64,000 nt of DNA from assembly GCA_963669175.1 (NCBI GenBank), contig OY769902.1, positions 1,984,001-2,048,000 on the forward strand, in the 5' to 3' direction. The stretch is from a bacterium (GTDB taxonomy: Bacteria > Electryoneota > Electryoneia > Electryoneales > Electryoneaceae). This document shows, piece after piece, positions 1 to 9,250 of this stretch. Made by a program: the position numbers and the translations under genes. Below the pieces are notes generated by a model. The model did not search any database and was not told where the DNA came from. It saw only the letters and a program-made list of their open reading frames with translations. Numbering within the stretch: the first letter of the stretch is position 1; each line of letters begins with the position of its first letter.

Positions 1-223
1 GATAATAAGGTTTAGGTTTGCGTACAGGAACAATCGGCATGGGAAGGGGACGTCCCAGTTCCAGCGCTTTCATCCGTTCGTCATGTTCCCAGGCCTTTTT
101 CTTTGCGTTGTAGTTGATTACCAGCAGCACAATTGCAACGGCTGTGATCGCTGGCAGCGCAAAAAACAAAAGTGTGAAAACCATTCCGAGTGTGCCGAGC
201 CAACCGCCAAGGAAACCTTCCAT
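1..223 (-). CDS. DUF6249-like small membrane protein, truncated by window edge
   Basis: Not in the ORF track. Manual translation from ATG 223 (SD GGAGGAG upstream) gives MEGFLGGWLGTLGMVFTLLFFALPAITAVAIVLLVINYNAKKKAWEHDERMKALELGRPLP: a TM helix plus an ERMxxxExG motif typical of ECF-adjacent proteins. Confidence 0.75.
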   Translation of the reverse strand, partial: MEGFLGGWLGTLGMVFTLLFFALPAITAVAIVLLVINYNAKKKAWEHDERMKALELGRPLPMPIVPVRKPKPYY

Positions 224-287
224 GATACTCTCCTCCAACATGGCTGTGAACCATATTGTCTAACTTGTTGTCTGTTTTCACTTATAG

Positions 288-314
288 GACGGGCGCATTT
301 TATCCAAGGTTACA
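288..314 (-). promoter_or_regulatory. ECF sigma promoter TGTAACC-N16-CGTC driving the DUF6249-like gene
   Basis: Minus strand reads TGTAACC ttggataaaatgcgcc CGTC, the same boxes and spacing as 594-620. Confidence 0.75.
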
Positions 315-593
315 AACAGAGTTTCCAGTGGCTCTTCCAGGAAAGGAGTGGTAAACCATGCTTGAAGATAGAGGGAAATGGCACTGACAAGGATCAATCT
401 GAAACGGTTGGCGATTGCACCGCCGCTTCTTTTCCAATATCATTATATAGTAGATAGAAGGACACGTCGTTTTCCTGTTCAGGTGGATCGTATCGAACAA
501 CGCCTTCCACCGGACAGAAATCCATAACACCGCACTGAATGTAATTGAACATGTATATGAGGAAGGGTGGAACTCTGGAGTGGCACGTTGTAC

Positions 594-620
594 TGTAACC
601 TGTATCGGGTTGTCTCCGTC
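594..620 (+). promoter_or_regulatory. ECF sigma autoregulatory promoter TGTAACC-N16-CGTC
   Basis: TGTAACC tgtatcgggttgtctc CGTC upstream of the ECF gene; AAC/CGT core typical of ECF promoters. Confidence 0.75.
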
Positions 621-669
621 TCAGGTAGGGAGACAACAATGAACGCTTGTACGTACGAGGGAGTGAAAA

Positions 670-1239
670 CTGAACGAGCAGGCTTGGATCCGGAAAGCTC
701 GCGGTGGCGACGCTGCGGCGTTTCGGCGACTGGTGGAAGCACATGCGCCAGTCATATGGACCGTTATAAACAGAATGGTCCAGGACCAGGTGCTGGCTCA
801 AGACTGTTTCCAGGAGACAGTCATCAAATTCTGGAAGGGATTACCGTCGTTCCAGGGACAGAGCAAACTATCAACCTGGCTGTATCGTATCGCTTATCAT
901 GTTTGCCTGGATCAACTTCAGGCCAATAAAAAGCAGACAGAAACAGAATCCATTGGCGAAGATGAAAATGAGAACACGGTGAACCTGGCCGATCCAATGA
1001 CAACAGGTGAGCGAATTGAAGATGAAATATCACGGAAGGACGCCATTGAGAAAGGGTTGAGCAAATTACCCCCGGAATGGCGTGCCATGATAATCCTTCA
1101 TTACTGGAAAGGAAGGAGCGTCGAGGAGATTTCGGCGATAACGGACAGGCCGGTGAATACGGTCAAGGTTTACCTGCACCGGGCAAGAAAACAGCTTCGT
1201 GACGTGTTGCGTGCAGGCGGGTATCCAGGCAGGAGTTGA
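670..1239 (+). CDS. ECF RNA polymerase sigma factor (SigW/RpoE-like)
   Basis: Region 2 (AQDCFQET...STWLYRIAYH) and region 4 (EEISAITDRPVNTVKVYLHRAR). The frame extends 5' of the tracked GTG 733 to CTG 670 (LNEQAWIRKARGGDAAAFRRLVE), 6 nt after SD GAGGGAG. Confidence 0.92.
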   Translation: MNEQAWIRKARGGDAAAFRRLVEAHAPVIWTVINRMVQDQVLAQDCFQETVIKFWKGLPSFQGQSKLSTWLYRIAYHVCLDQLQANKKQTETESIGEDENENTVNLADPMTTGERIEDEISRKDAIEKGLSKLPPEWRAMIILHYWKGRSVEEISAITDRPVNTVKVYLHRARKQLRDVLRAGGYPGRS

Positions 1240-1240
1240 T

Positions 1241-1717
1241 GTGAACGAACGCAGAGATGATCTACTGGCTTTAGTGCCGGCTTACAGGCGAGGGGAACTT
1301 TCACCCGCACTCGCCCATGAGGTGGCGCTTGCCCTGAAAGATCCTGCGTTTGCCGAAGAAGCCGAGCGTGAAACGGCGTTGCAGGATGTTCTGACCGGGA
1401 TGTCAGAGGATTTAATGCCACGTGGTCTGCTTCAGGCCGCGGTACATCGCGCCGTCGGTGCGGATGCTCCCAAACCCTGGTTCAGTGTGGATACCATCCT
1501 GCTCGCGCTTGGTGTCGGTATCATTTGCGCTGCTATTGCTCAGCTGGTCGCTTCTCGCGTAGATCTTCCGGCAGTAAGCGAATTATTGGCGTCTTTAGTG
1601 ACAATGGGCAGTTTTGCCAGCACAGGTATGTTGATAATTGGAGGCATGCTCTGGCTTGGGATGATGGGATTGCTTGTCATTGGAGCAATCCTTGTCTATC
1701 GTGCGCTACGATCCTGA
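1241..1717 (+). CDS. Membrane anti-sigma factor (putative)
   Basis: GTG 1241 after SD AGGAG, directly after the sigma stop; N-terminal LLALVPAYRRGELSP anti-sigma-like helix without HxxxCxxC; two C-terminal hydrophobic segments. Confidence 0.75.
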   Translation: MNERRDDLLALVPAYRRGELSPALAHEVALALKDPAFAEEAERETALQDVLTGMSEDLMPRGLLQAAVHRAVGADAPKPWFSVDTILLALGVGIICAAIAQLVASRVDLPAVSELLASLVTMGSFASTGMLIIGGMLWLGMMGLLVIGAILVYRALRS

Positions 1718-1719
1718 TA

Positions 1720-1752
1720 TGCAAATCTTGCACGAGCATTGCAAAGTGTGCG
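1720..1752. promoter_or_regulatory. Candidate enhancer (UAS) sites for a sigma54 activator
   Basis: Palindrome TGCAA-atc-TTGCA (1720-1732) and imperfect copy TGCAA-agt-GTGCG (1740-1752), 20 bp apart, ~125-155 bp upstream of the sigma54 motif. Confidence 0.45.
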
Positions 1753-1804
1753 TATAATTTTCGGGGTTTTTCCTGAAGGAAATGAGAAGTCTCTCCCTGT
1801 ACTA

Positions 1805-1833
1805 TTGACCTAGTATTAAGGTAGTGTTACATT
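1805..1833 (+). promoter_or_regulatory. Sigma70-type promoter
   Basis: TTGACC-17 bp-TACATT with extended -10 TG. Confidence 0.55.
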
Positions 1834-1842
1834 TGGTGCCAC

Positions 1843-1875
1843 AGGCGTCCCCGCAGAGCGGGGGCGCCTTTTTTT
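1843..1875 (+). terminator. Intrinsic terminator
   Basis: AGGCGTCCCCGC-aga-GCGGGGGCGCCT followed by a T run. Confidence 0.85.
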
Positions 1876-1890
1876 GGTATATGCTTTGCT
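1875..1890 (+). promoter_or_regulatory. Sigma54 (-24/-12) promoter upstream of the major pilin
   Basis: TGGTATATGCTTTGCT: GG 1876-77, exactly 10 nt, then TTGC with GC at 1888-89. Confidence 0.65.
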
Positions 1891-2198
1891 TGTTAAGAAT
1901 CGGGGTGTTATTGCTTGTAAGCGCTCTCATCATATAAAAAAACCGTAAAAAGAAAAATCATGCTGCACCTCTAATGCCATTTGGAAAAAGAAGGTCGTGA
2001 GCCTATATTCACGGATTCAACGGGTTCTGTGACTTCGCGCACATTTTTGAAGTGTAATCGCCGGTGAGAAAAGTGAGCGCTGGCGATAAGATAGTGTTTT
2101 TTGAAGGGTTTGCAGTTTCCGGTTTGTTACGGGGCTGCTAGTAAATGTTGGAGGAACCACAGCAGGTTCCACATCAACTGTTTTTCAGGAGGTGTACG

Positions 2199-2615
2199 AT
2201 GCACATGGAGTTGAATCGGAGCCGGAAGGGCTTCACCCTGATCGAAATTCTGGTCGTGGTGGTCATTATCGCCATCTTGGCGGCGATTTCGGTACCGATC
2301 TACATTGAGTACGTACGTGGCGCACGTGCCGCTGATGCTCAATCCCAGATTGGTGCTATTTACAACGCAGCCAAAATGTTCCAGATGGAAACCGATCGGT
2401 CCCCGACGGACGTCGAAGAGATGGAAGAGCTCGGCTACCTGACCATTGACGAATCAGTACGTCGTCAGTGGCAGTTCACGCTGAACTGGCCGGAAACCAT
2501 CGAAGCCATCTCAACAGATGAGATGCCTGGTGGCGCTGGCAAGACCATCACCTACGACATCGTCGAAGGTTCGTTCATTGGCTACGGCCTGCCGAACGAA
2601 GGTGAAGGCGACTGA
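2199..2615 (+). CDS. pilA: Type IV major pilin
   Basis: Class III signal RKG|FTLIEILVVVVIIAILAAISVP with E5 and P22; SD AGGAGG; first gene of the locus, followed by a strong stem-loop. Confidence 0.9.
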   Translation: MHMELNRSRKGFTLIEILVVVVIIAILAAISVPIYIEYVRGARAADAQSQIGAIYNAAKMFQMETDRSPTDVEEMEELGYLTIDESVRRQWQFTLNWPETIEAISTDEMPGGAGKTITYDIVEGSFIGYGLPNEGEGD

Positions 2616-2639
2616 GTTTAGCCTCTGCAGTGTGTAGTG

Positions 2640-2676
2640 TCATTCGGCCCCGACGGAGAGGGTCGGGGCCGAATGA
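2640..2676 (+). other. Strong stem-loop after pilin (mRNA stabiliser or attenuator)
   Basis: TCATTCGGCCCCGAC-7 nt-GTCGGGGCCGAATGA perfect 15-bp stem, no U tract. Confidence 0.7.
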
Positions 2677-2726
2677 ATCGTTTGACCTTTGAAAAGTAGT
2701 TTCACCTTAGACGTGGCGAGGGCATT

Positions 2727-3785
2727 GTGATCGACATTTTTGATCTGCTTCAGTTTACCGTTGAAAACGGTGCGTCAGACCTTCATTTATCTGCGGGTTC
2801 TATCCCGATGGTTCGTATGCACGGGAAATTGCAGAAGCTGGACATGGAGTCTATGACGGATGCCGACCTGCGCGAAGCGATTTACACCATTTTGACTCAG
2901 GATCAGATTGAACGTCTTGAGGAAATGAAGGAAATCGACTTGAGCCAGAGGTTGGAAGACAAAGCACGATTCCGTGTTAATGTCTTTGAGCAGATGCAGG
3001 GGATTGCTGTAGTTTTCCGTGTAATTCCTTCTGAGATCATGTCCTTTGAAGAGTTGGGGCTTCCGGAAGTGCTTCGGGAGCTTTCATTGCGTGACCGTGG
3101 CCTGATTCTCCTTACAGGTCCGACCGGTTCGGGCAAGAGTACAACCCTTGCCACAATGGTTGATAATGTTAACGAGAACAAAAACCTTCATATCATTACG
3201 ATCGAAGACCCGGTAGAATTCTTCCATGAATCGAAGAACTGCATGGTCAATCAGCGGGAGTTGGGGGCCACCACACACTCCTTTGCCAATGCGCTTCGTT
3301 CCGCACTTCGTGAAGATCCCGATGTGATTCTGGTCGGTGAAATGCGCGACCTGGAAACGATCTCACTGGCGTTGACTGCTGCAGAAACCGGTCACCTGGT
3401 TCTTGCTACCCTGCATACCAGCTCGGCGGCGAAAACCATCGATCGTATCATTGATACCTTCCCCGCATCCCAAAAGACCCAGGTGCGGTCAATGTTGGCT
3501 GAATCCCTGGAAGCTGTCGTGTCGCAGAAGCTGCTCCCGAAGAAGGATGGCTTGGGACGTGCGGTTGCAACCGAAATTATGGTTTGCACCGTTGCTGTTC
3601 GTAACCTGATTCGTGAAGACAAGATTTACCAGCTTACATCGGTAATCCAGTCCAGTAGCAAGGATGGCATGCACACGCTTGACCAGGATCTCCAGCGCTT
3701 GTTGCATCAGGGCCTGATTGACCGGGAAACCGCTGCATACGTAGCGGAAAACTCGAAACTGTTTGATGTGGACCTTTCGTCCTGA
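2727..3785 (+). CDS. pilT: Type IV pilus retraction ATPase
   Basis: ASDLHL, GPTGSGKSTT, TIEDPVE, LREDPDVILVGEMRD, AETGHLV, AVRNLIRE motif. Confidence 0.97.
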   Translation: MIDIFDLLQFTVENGASDLHLSAGSIPMVRMHGKLQKLDMESMTDADLREAIYTILTQDQIERLEEMKEIDLSQRLEDKARFRVNVFEQMQGIAVVFRVIPSEIMSFEELGLPEVLRELSLRDRGLILLTGPTGSGKSTTLATMVDNVNENKNLHIITIEDPVEFFHESKNCMVNQRELGATTHSFANALRSALREDPDVILVGEMRDLETISLALTAAETGHLVLATLHTSSAAKTIDRIIDTFPASQKTQVRSMLAESLEAVVSQKLLPKKDGLGRAVATEIMVCTVAVRNLIREDKIYQLTSVIQSSSKDGMHTLDQDLQRLLHQGLIDRETAAYVAENSKLFDVDLSS

Positions 3786-3814
3786 TCAAACCAAATGTTT
3801 GCGAGGTGAGGCCC

Positions 3815-4345
3815 ATGATAGACCTGCTATCGCGCTTGAAACGATACGGCCCGGCACTTCGTCGTCGACGTGGGGGAATCAACTTTATTGAGTTGATGGT
3901 CGCCATCGTAGTGATTGCAATCGCAAGTTGTGCGTTTGCGCAAGGGTTCTTTACAGCATTTCACGAGTTGGAAAAGCAGCGCCACCGCATGGAAGCGGTG
4001 CAGCTCTTGAAAGCCGAAGCTCAGTTCTGGGTAGGACGCATTCATACGGCATTTCCGAGTGCCTATGAAATGGACCAGTGGCATGAACACCCTAACAATC
4101 CTGTGATTTTAGGGGCTGAAGGGGTGGTTACTCGTCCACGCGCCCGTAGGTTCAGCGGAGCTGGCTTCATTGATGCAGATATTAAACGGTCTCCGATTCG
4201 AGTTGTCAATCTTTTTGACACGGCAATCGAAGAAGACTTCTATGAATTCACAGTTACTATTGATTATGAGGAGACACACGGCACCAGTCCGGAATATGTT
4301 CACATGGAACTGGATGTCCCGATCATTCGTTCGGTCGTAGGTTAA
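3815..4345 (+). CDS. Minor pilin (PilV-like)
   Basis: RRRRGG|INFIELMVAIVVIAIAS class III signal with E5. Confidence 0.8.
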   Translation: MIDLLSRLKRYGPALRRRRGGINFIELMVAIVVIAIASCAFAQGFFTAFHELEKQRHRMEAVQLLKAEAQFWVGRIHTAFPSAYEMDQWHEHPNNPVILGAEGVVTRPRARRFSGAGFIDADIKRSPIRVVNLFDTAIEEDFYEFTVTIDYEETHGTSPEYVHMELDVPIIRSVVG

Positions 4346-4360
4346 GAAAGGGGGACGCAG

Positions 4361-5116
4361 ATGAGTAGAAAGACATTGAGAAGGGTGTCCTCTGCGATTC
4401 GCCTGAAGCGAGATCGACGGGGTTTGACACTGCTCGAGACCATCCTGGTGCTTGCCATCGGTTCCATGCTTATTTACGGCTTGATGTTACTGGTTGTACA
4501 GACGCAGGAACAGATCTGGATCAGCATGCAGGTTCGCGATGCTTCTGAATGGGGTAACGATTACGTAGATTTCTTCACTCGAATCGTACGTAACTCCGTG
4601 CAAGTCACAATCCGACAGCAAACACCGCCTTCCCAATTAGTTGCCATATATGAAAATCCCTATGAAATTCCACTGCAGACGAAAGAGTACCTGTTTTCCT
4701 ATGACATTCGTCGCAGTGCGCCCACCATTCGAATCAATGGTGTAATGCAAAACGACCTGAGCTATTTTGATCCATACCATCTGACACAGCGTGATTCACG
4801 CGACAGGGTCCAGGTTGTCCGTACGGGCTTTGACCAGGGATTCATCATTTACCATCCTGAGAGCGACCGTTCAGACACACCGGCAAAATTCAAGGATACA
4901 GTTGCGCTCGCGGAAGATTCTGACGCGAACACAGAGGTTTATGTCACGATTGATTTTTGGGTACGGTATACACGTTACCCCGGTTCACGCGGGACTGAGC
5001 GTGGTACGTATACGAAAGATATGCACTTTACAGGATCGGCCTACGTTTTAAATCCGAATTGGCCGATGGATAACAGTGGATATTTTTCAACTGTTGAAGA
5101 AGAAGATTTACCGTAG
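4361..5116 (+). CDS. Minor pilin (PilW/GspJ-like)
   Basis: RRG|LTLLETILVLAIGSML class III signal. Confidence 0.82.
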   Translation: MSRKTLRRVSSAIRLKRDRRGLTLLETILVLAIGSMLIYGLMLLVVQTQEQIWISMQVRDASEWGNDYVDFFTRIVRNSVQVTIRQQTPPSQLVAIYENPYEIPLQTKEYLFSYDIRRSAPTIRINGVMQNDLSYFDPYHLTQRDSRDRVQVVRTGFDQGFIIYHPESDRSDTPAKFKDTVALAEDSDANTEVYVTIDFWVRYTRYPGSRGTERGTYTKDMHFTGSAYVLNPNWPMDNSGYFSTVEEEDLP

Positions 5117-5214
5117 TAACCGGTTAAGAGAACAACAACTCGCTCCATCCGGCGAGTTCACCCGTCTCTTTCTACCTAGCGCTAGCCACGCTTAACACAG
5201 GAAGGAGACCGAAC

Positions 5215-6741
5215 ATGAGTCGAAACGTGAGGTTGAAACACCGCAAAGGAAGCCTGTTCATCAGCACGATTGCTATCGTATCGTTCCTGATACTGACCAG
5301 CATGGCCTTCATGATGTGGGCTGCTGATGAAAAGCAGCAGGCACAGTTCGACCTCGCCCGTACACAAGCGTACTATGTCGCGCAGTACGGGGTGTTGAAC
5401 GAAGCATTGGCCACAATGCGCAACCGTTCAGCAGAAACCTTGCCGCCTGGTGTGGAACCCCTTTATTCAGGGAGTTATCTCAACCAGGAAAACGAGCTTG
5501 TCGGAGAATACTACGAAGTCTCGTTGAGTCGTGTTTCCGACATGTACTTCCAGGGACTCTTCCAGAGTTCATTCCACTACGATCTGCAAGCGACCGGTAA
5601 AGTTGCCCTGGGTCAAGGGAACCCGCACTGGGATGGCGCGGGATCAGTGGAACGTACTGTAACGATGCGTACACGTCTGAGAACCTACGCCAGTTACATG
5701 TATCTCACCAATGAAGAACAGACCATGTTCGGTGAGATCATCTGGTTCTGGACGCCGGACACATTGTATGGACGAGTTCACTCAAACAGCGGCATCGGGA
5801 TCAAGTATGCACCGCAGTTCCACGGTCCCGTGAGCACAACTGAAGAGGATTTCATTCACGGAGCAGGCTATTCTCCCTGGTTCGCGTATGATCCTCAGTT
5901 TAGTGTGGAAGAAGTCTATTTTCCCACTACGGCAGATAACCTTCGTGGTGGCGCTTCCGCTTCCGGCAACTACATCACGAACCACAATGGGTCCTGGCGT
6001 TCACGTCTTACAGCACAAAACGGGTCGTTTCTCCTGGAACAGTGGGAAAACGGCGCACCGTACGATTCAACGGCTCTTACCAACCATCAAGGCATTTCCT
6101 ATGGTTCCAACATGGGGATCTTTGTCGAAGGTGATTGTGAGTTGATTGGCTGTAACAGTGACAACGGCCAGGGTATAATGAACGGTCAGATGACTATCGG
6201 CAGTTCCGGTCACCTGGAATTGCTGGATAATGTTCTGATTGCGCCATACACTGCGAACAGTCTTCCTGAGACTATTCCGGAAACGGACTACAACATTATT
6301 GGCTTGATCAGTGAGTCCAATGTCCGAATCAGGGATACATGGCGGAATGGTCGCGGCAACGGTTTGGCTCGTACCAATGGCATCCATGATAGCTGTCATA
6401 TCATTATCACGGCTGCTATTGTTGCGTTGGGCGAATCGTTCACATTCGAGCACCAGAACGATACCTGGGAAGCGTATCGCTGGTGTGATCCGCTTGGCGC
6501 GCATCCTAACCAACCCGACGAGCGTGGTTCAATCTTCCTGCGTGGCAGCGTAACGCAGATGCGACGTGGTTACGTACACCGTTCAACTTGCGGTGGCACG
6601 GGCTATGCGAAGGATTATTACTACGATTGGCGTCTGGAGTCTACGCCTCCTCCCTATTACATGGAGGCGACGGATGAGAACGGCAACAGTTTGTTCGATA
6701 TCATAGCCTGGCGTGAAGAAATTCCGGCGTCGGCAAGATAA
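5215..6741 (+). CDS. Large PilX/GspK-like minor pilin with extended C-terminal (DUF4900-like) domain
   Basis: RKG|SLFISTIAIV lacks E5 as PilX does; QAYYVAQYG; GRVHSN..FHGPV and GYAKDYYYDWRL...PPPY motifs. Confidence 0.8.
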   Translation: MSRNVRLKHRKGSLFISTIAIVSFLILTSMAFMMWAADEKQQAQFDLARTQAYYVAQYGVLNEALATMRNRSAETLPPGVEPLYSGSYLNQENELVGEYYEVSLSRVSDMYFQGLFQSSFHYDLQATGKVALGQGNPHWDGAGSVERTVTMRTRLRTYASYMYLTNEEQTMFGEIIWFWTPDTLYGRVHSNSGIGIKYAPQFHGPVSTTEEDFIHGAGYSPWFAYDPQFSVEEVYFPTTADNLRGGASASGNYITNHNGSWRSRLTAQNGSFLLEQWENGAPYDSTALTNHQGISYGSNMGIFVEGDCELIGCNSDNGQGIMNGQMTIGSSGHLELLDNVLIAPYTANSLPETIPETDYNIIGLISESNVRIRDTWRNGRGNGLARTNGIHDSCHIIITAAIVALGESFTFEHQNDTWEAYRWCDPLGAHPNQPDERGSIFLRGSVTQMRRGYVHRSTCGGTGYAKDYYYDWRLESTPPPYYMEATDENGNSLFDIIAWREEIPASAR

Positions 6742-6757
6742 CTAACGATCGGATCAA

Positions 6758-6791
6758 CGTATTGCGGGCGGAATGGCCCGCCCGCGATACG
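6758..6791 (+). other. Intergenic stem-loop after pilX-like gene
   Basis: CGTATTGCGGGCGG-aatggc-CCGCCCGCGATACG. Confidence 0.65.
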
Positions 6792-6988
6792 ATGTTTGGT
6801 AGTGAAATTGGGTACTTGTACGAGGACACAACAAGTGTATTTCCGCGAGGGAGGAGGGCTCCCTCGGGTTGATCCAGGATTCCGGACCAGAAGTGCGACA
6901 CCCCCGCGACCGCGCTCCTAAGCGCCGTGGGCCGGTTTGCCAGTATTGAAGGTTCGGTTTTTTTACACTCTGGAAGAGGCCATAGCCT

Positions 6989-8047
6989 ATGCTTTTCGGT
7001 TCCAAACTTCGTGTCGGACTGGATATCGGCAGCCATTCAATAAAAATGGTTGCGATCGAGAAGTCCGGGCAGAGATTCAAGGTGGTCGGTCGCGGTATGC
7101 GCGAGATTTGGACCAACACGACGTATGAGTTGGATGGTCCCAAGCGCAGCCAACTGGTGCCCTTGATCCTTGATCTATTCAAGGAGCTGAAGCTGACCCC
7201 GAAGAAACAGAAGAATCTTCGGACGTTGGTCAGCGGCGCCCAGGTGGCAGCGAAAGAGATCGTTGCTATTCCGCTTGAAGAGAAAGAAATGCGTTCTGCG
7301 ATGCTTCTTGAAGCTCGCAAGCACATTCCACTCGATGGTAGTGACACCCAGGTGGACTACCAGATTATGGGCGAGGATGTCAACGAGCCGGACAAGGTCC
7401 GCGTGCTCGTCGTCGCAACCACCAAGAAGCTGTTCGGTAATGTTATCGACGCCTTGCATGAGCTGGAGGTTGCTCCGCTCGTCGTCGATATCGAACCACT
7501 GGCCAACATGAACGCCTATCTGCAATTCAACGAATTGCCCGATGAAGGCGTAAACGTGATGCTGAATGTTGGTGCGCGCAGGACAGGAGTTACGGTTGTC
7601 GGGCGTAAAGATCAGTTCTTTACCCGTGAGATTCCTGTTGGCGGTTGGCATTTCACCGAACAGATCATGAAAGATTTCGGTGTCAAGTACGATGTCGCTG
7701 AAGAAGCAAAGAAACGTGATGGACTGAAGCCTGATTTGCCTCGTCAGCAACAGGAAGGTGGTGGTTTGCGCTTTGCGTCAAAGACTGCCCTGGATCGTTT
7801 TGGCGACGAAATCAACCGGACCTTACGCTACTACGTCAAAGAGACCGGCCAGAGTATGTTCCAGAAGTTTGTTGTCGTTGGTGGTGGCGCTGCCCTTGGT
7901 GAGGTAGAAGAATACCTCCAGAAGAAATTCAATGTGGCGGTCGAGGCTTTCGACCCATTCTCCCGCATGGATGTCTCAACGGGTAACGGTGGTGGTCACC
8001 CCGCGCAGTATTCTGCAGCGGTCGGACTAGCGATCAGGGAGGCATAG
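6989..8047 (+). CDS. pilM: Type IV pilus assembly protein PilM
   Basis: Actin-like fold: VGLDIGSHSIK, REIPVGG, EINRTLRYY, VVGGGA, AVGLA. Confidence 0.95.
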   Translation: MLFGSKLRVGLDIGSHSIKMVAIEKSGQRFKVVGRGMREIWTNTTYELDGPKRSQLVPLILDLFKELKLTPKKQKNLRTLVSGAQVAAKEIVAIPLEEKEMRSAMLLEARKHIPLDGSDTQVDYQIMGEDVNEPDKVRVLVVATTKKLFGNVIDALHELEVAPLVVDIEPLANMNAYLQFNELPDEGVNVMLNVGARRTGVTVVGRKDQFFTREIPVGGWHFTEQIMKDFGVKYDVAEEAKKRDGLKPDLPRQQQEGGGLRFASKTALDRFGDEINRTLRYYVKETGQSMFQKFVVVGGGAALGEVEEYLQKKFNVAVEAFDPFSRMDVSTGNGGGHPAQYSAAVGLAIREA

Positions 8048-8050
8048 GCG

Positions 8051-8680
8051 ATGACTCGTCAATTCACCATTAACCTGAACCGCGAAGAGGGTTATGCTCA
8101 ACGCGAGGAACGCAAGACAAGGTTGCGCGCCAGGATTACGAATGTTCTGGCGACGATAGCCCTGCTTGCCATGGCGTTCCTTACGTATGAGAATGACAAG
8201 GATTATCGCGGTATTGTCAACGCAAAGAAGCAGCAACTGGAACGCATCCAGTTCCAGATTGATTCGCTTCAGCAGGTTGGGCGCAACGTCAGCAAAGACG
8301 ATGTGCTGAATCTCGAGCGTCTTGAGAGGGACCGTGTTCTTTGGACACAAAAAGTCTTTGAAATCGCAAACCGTCTCCCTGAAGAGATGGTGATCAGCGG
8401 TATGCACCTGGATCGTAATGAATTGACGATTGAGTGCATCAGCGAAATCGAAGAAGGCGAAAAAGAATTTGACAAAGTCGCCCTGTACATGGATCGATTG
8501 CGTCAGTCCGAGGATTTCTTTGATGATGTTTTGTCAATGAAGTTCAAGGAAAGCCGCCTGAGTACCAAGGAGGTTCAGGAATTGCTGCATTTCTCCCTTA
8601 TTTGCGAGATTCGCGCATCTGAATCTACCAGTCGTCGTGGCGCATCAAGACGTGCATCCGGAGTAGGGGGGATGAGATGA
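8051..8680 (+). CDS. pilN: PilN
   Basis: INL motif, one TM helix, coiled coil; follows pilM. Confidence 0.8.
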   Translation: MTRQFTINLNREEGYAQREERKTRLRARITNVLATIALLAMAFLTYENDKDYRGIVNAKKQQLERIQFQIDSLQQVGRNVSKDDVLNLERLERDRVLWTQKVFEIANRLPEEMVISGMHLDRNELTIECISEIEEGEKEFDKVALYMDRLRQSEDFFDDVLSMKFKESRLSTKEVQELLHFSLICEIRASESTSRRGASRRASGVGGMR

Positions 8681-9240
8681 AAAGGCTAGTTTACTTGCTC
8701 GTACTGGCATTGGTGTTTGGCCTGTCCCTGTTCTGGTACTACAGGTTTGAATACCCGAAGATGCCCATGGAGATTCGTGCGCTGAACAAGAAGATAGAGA
8801 AGCAGAACGAGAAGTTGATCAGCGCTCAGATTCTGGCCCAGGAACTGGATCTGGTAGCAAAGCTCATCGAGCAGAACCTTGCCGCCAGCGCCAACGATTC
8901 GTTGGCACAAGATGCTTCGCTTCCGTTTCTGGAGTATATCACGGATGTCCTGAATCAGGAAGGAATCCGTCTGGAACGGCTTGAGCCGTTGAAACGACGC
9001 GTAACACGACACGATTTCGTGAAGACTTCATATGAGATGACGATCACGTGCAACTTTGACGAATTCGGCAAGTTCATCAACGAGTTGGAGAAGTCTGAGC
9101 GATTGGTTACTGTGGAAGCCTTCGAGGTGAAGAACCAGTTGGAGAAGGCTGCGGCAGAAAAGGGCAAAGGCAAAGAGCGGTTTGATACGCATTTGTTTGA
9201 AATGCGGATCAGTACATTAACCCTCATCAAGCACACGTAG
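8677..9240 (+). CDS. pilO: PilO
   Basis: N-terminal TM, coiled coil, FGKFINELEKSERLVTV motif; overlaps pilN stop. Confidence 0.85.
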   Translation: MKRLVYLLVLALVFGLSLFWYYRFEYPKMPMEIRALNKKIEKQNEKLISAQILAQELDLVAKLIEQNLAASANDSLAQDASLPFLEYITDVLNQEGIRLERLEPLKRRVTRHDFVKTSYEMTITCNFDEFGKFINELEKSERLVTVEAFEVKNQLEKAAAEKGKGKERFDTHLFEMRISTLTLIKHT

Positions 9241-9250
9241 TGAGGCAGCT

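Noticed and set aside
358-387. 9-aa ORF (MLEDRGKWH) after SD AAAGGAG
   Set aside because: No clear promoter or conservation evidence; may be chance
2232-2615. Major pilin as an electrically conductive e-pilin
   Set aside because: Aromatics at positions 1, 24, 27 and 50 but not at 32 or 57; about 12/127 (9.4%) by hand count, which is borderline and unconvincing
6797-6812. Sigma54 promoter upstream of pilM (TGGTAGTGAAATTGG)
   Set aside because: The -12 element reads GG rather than GC
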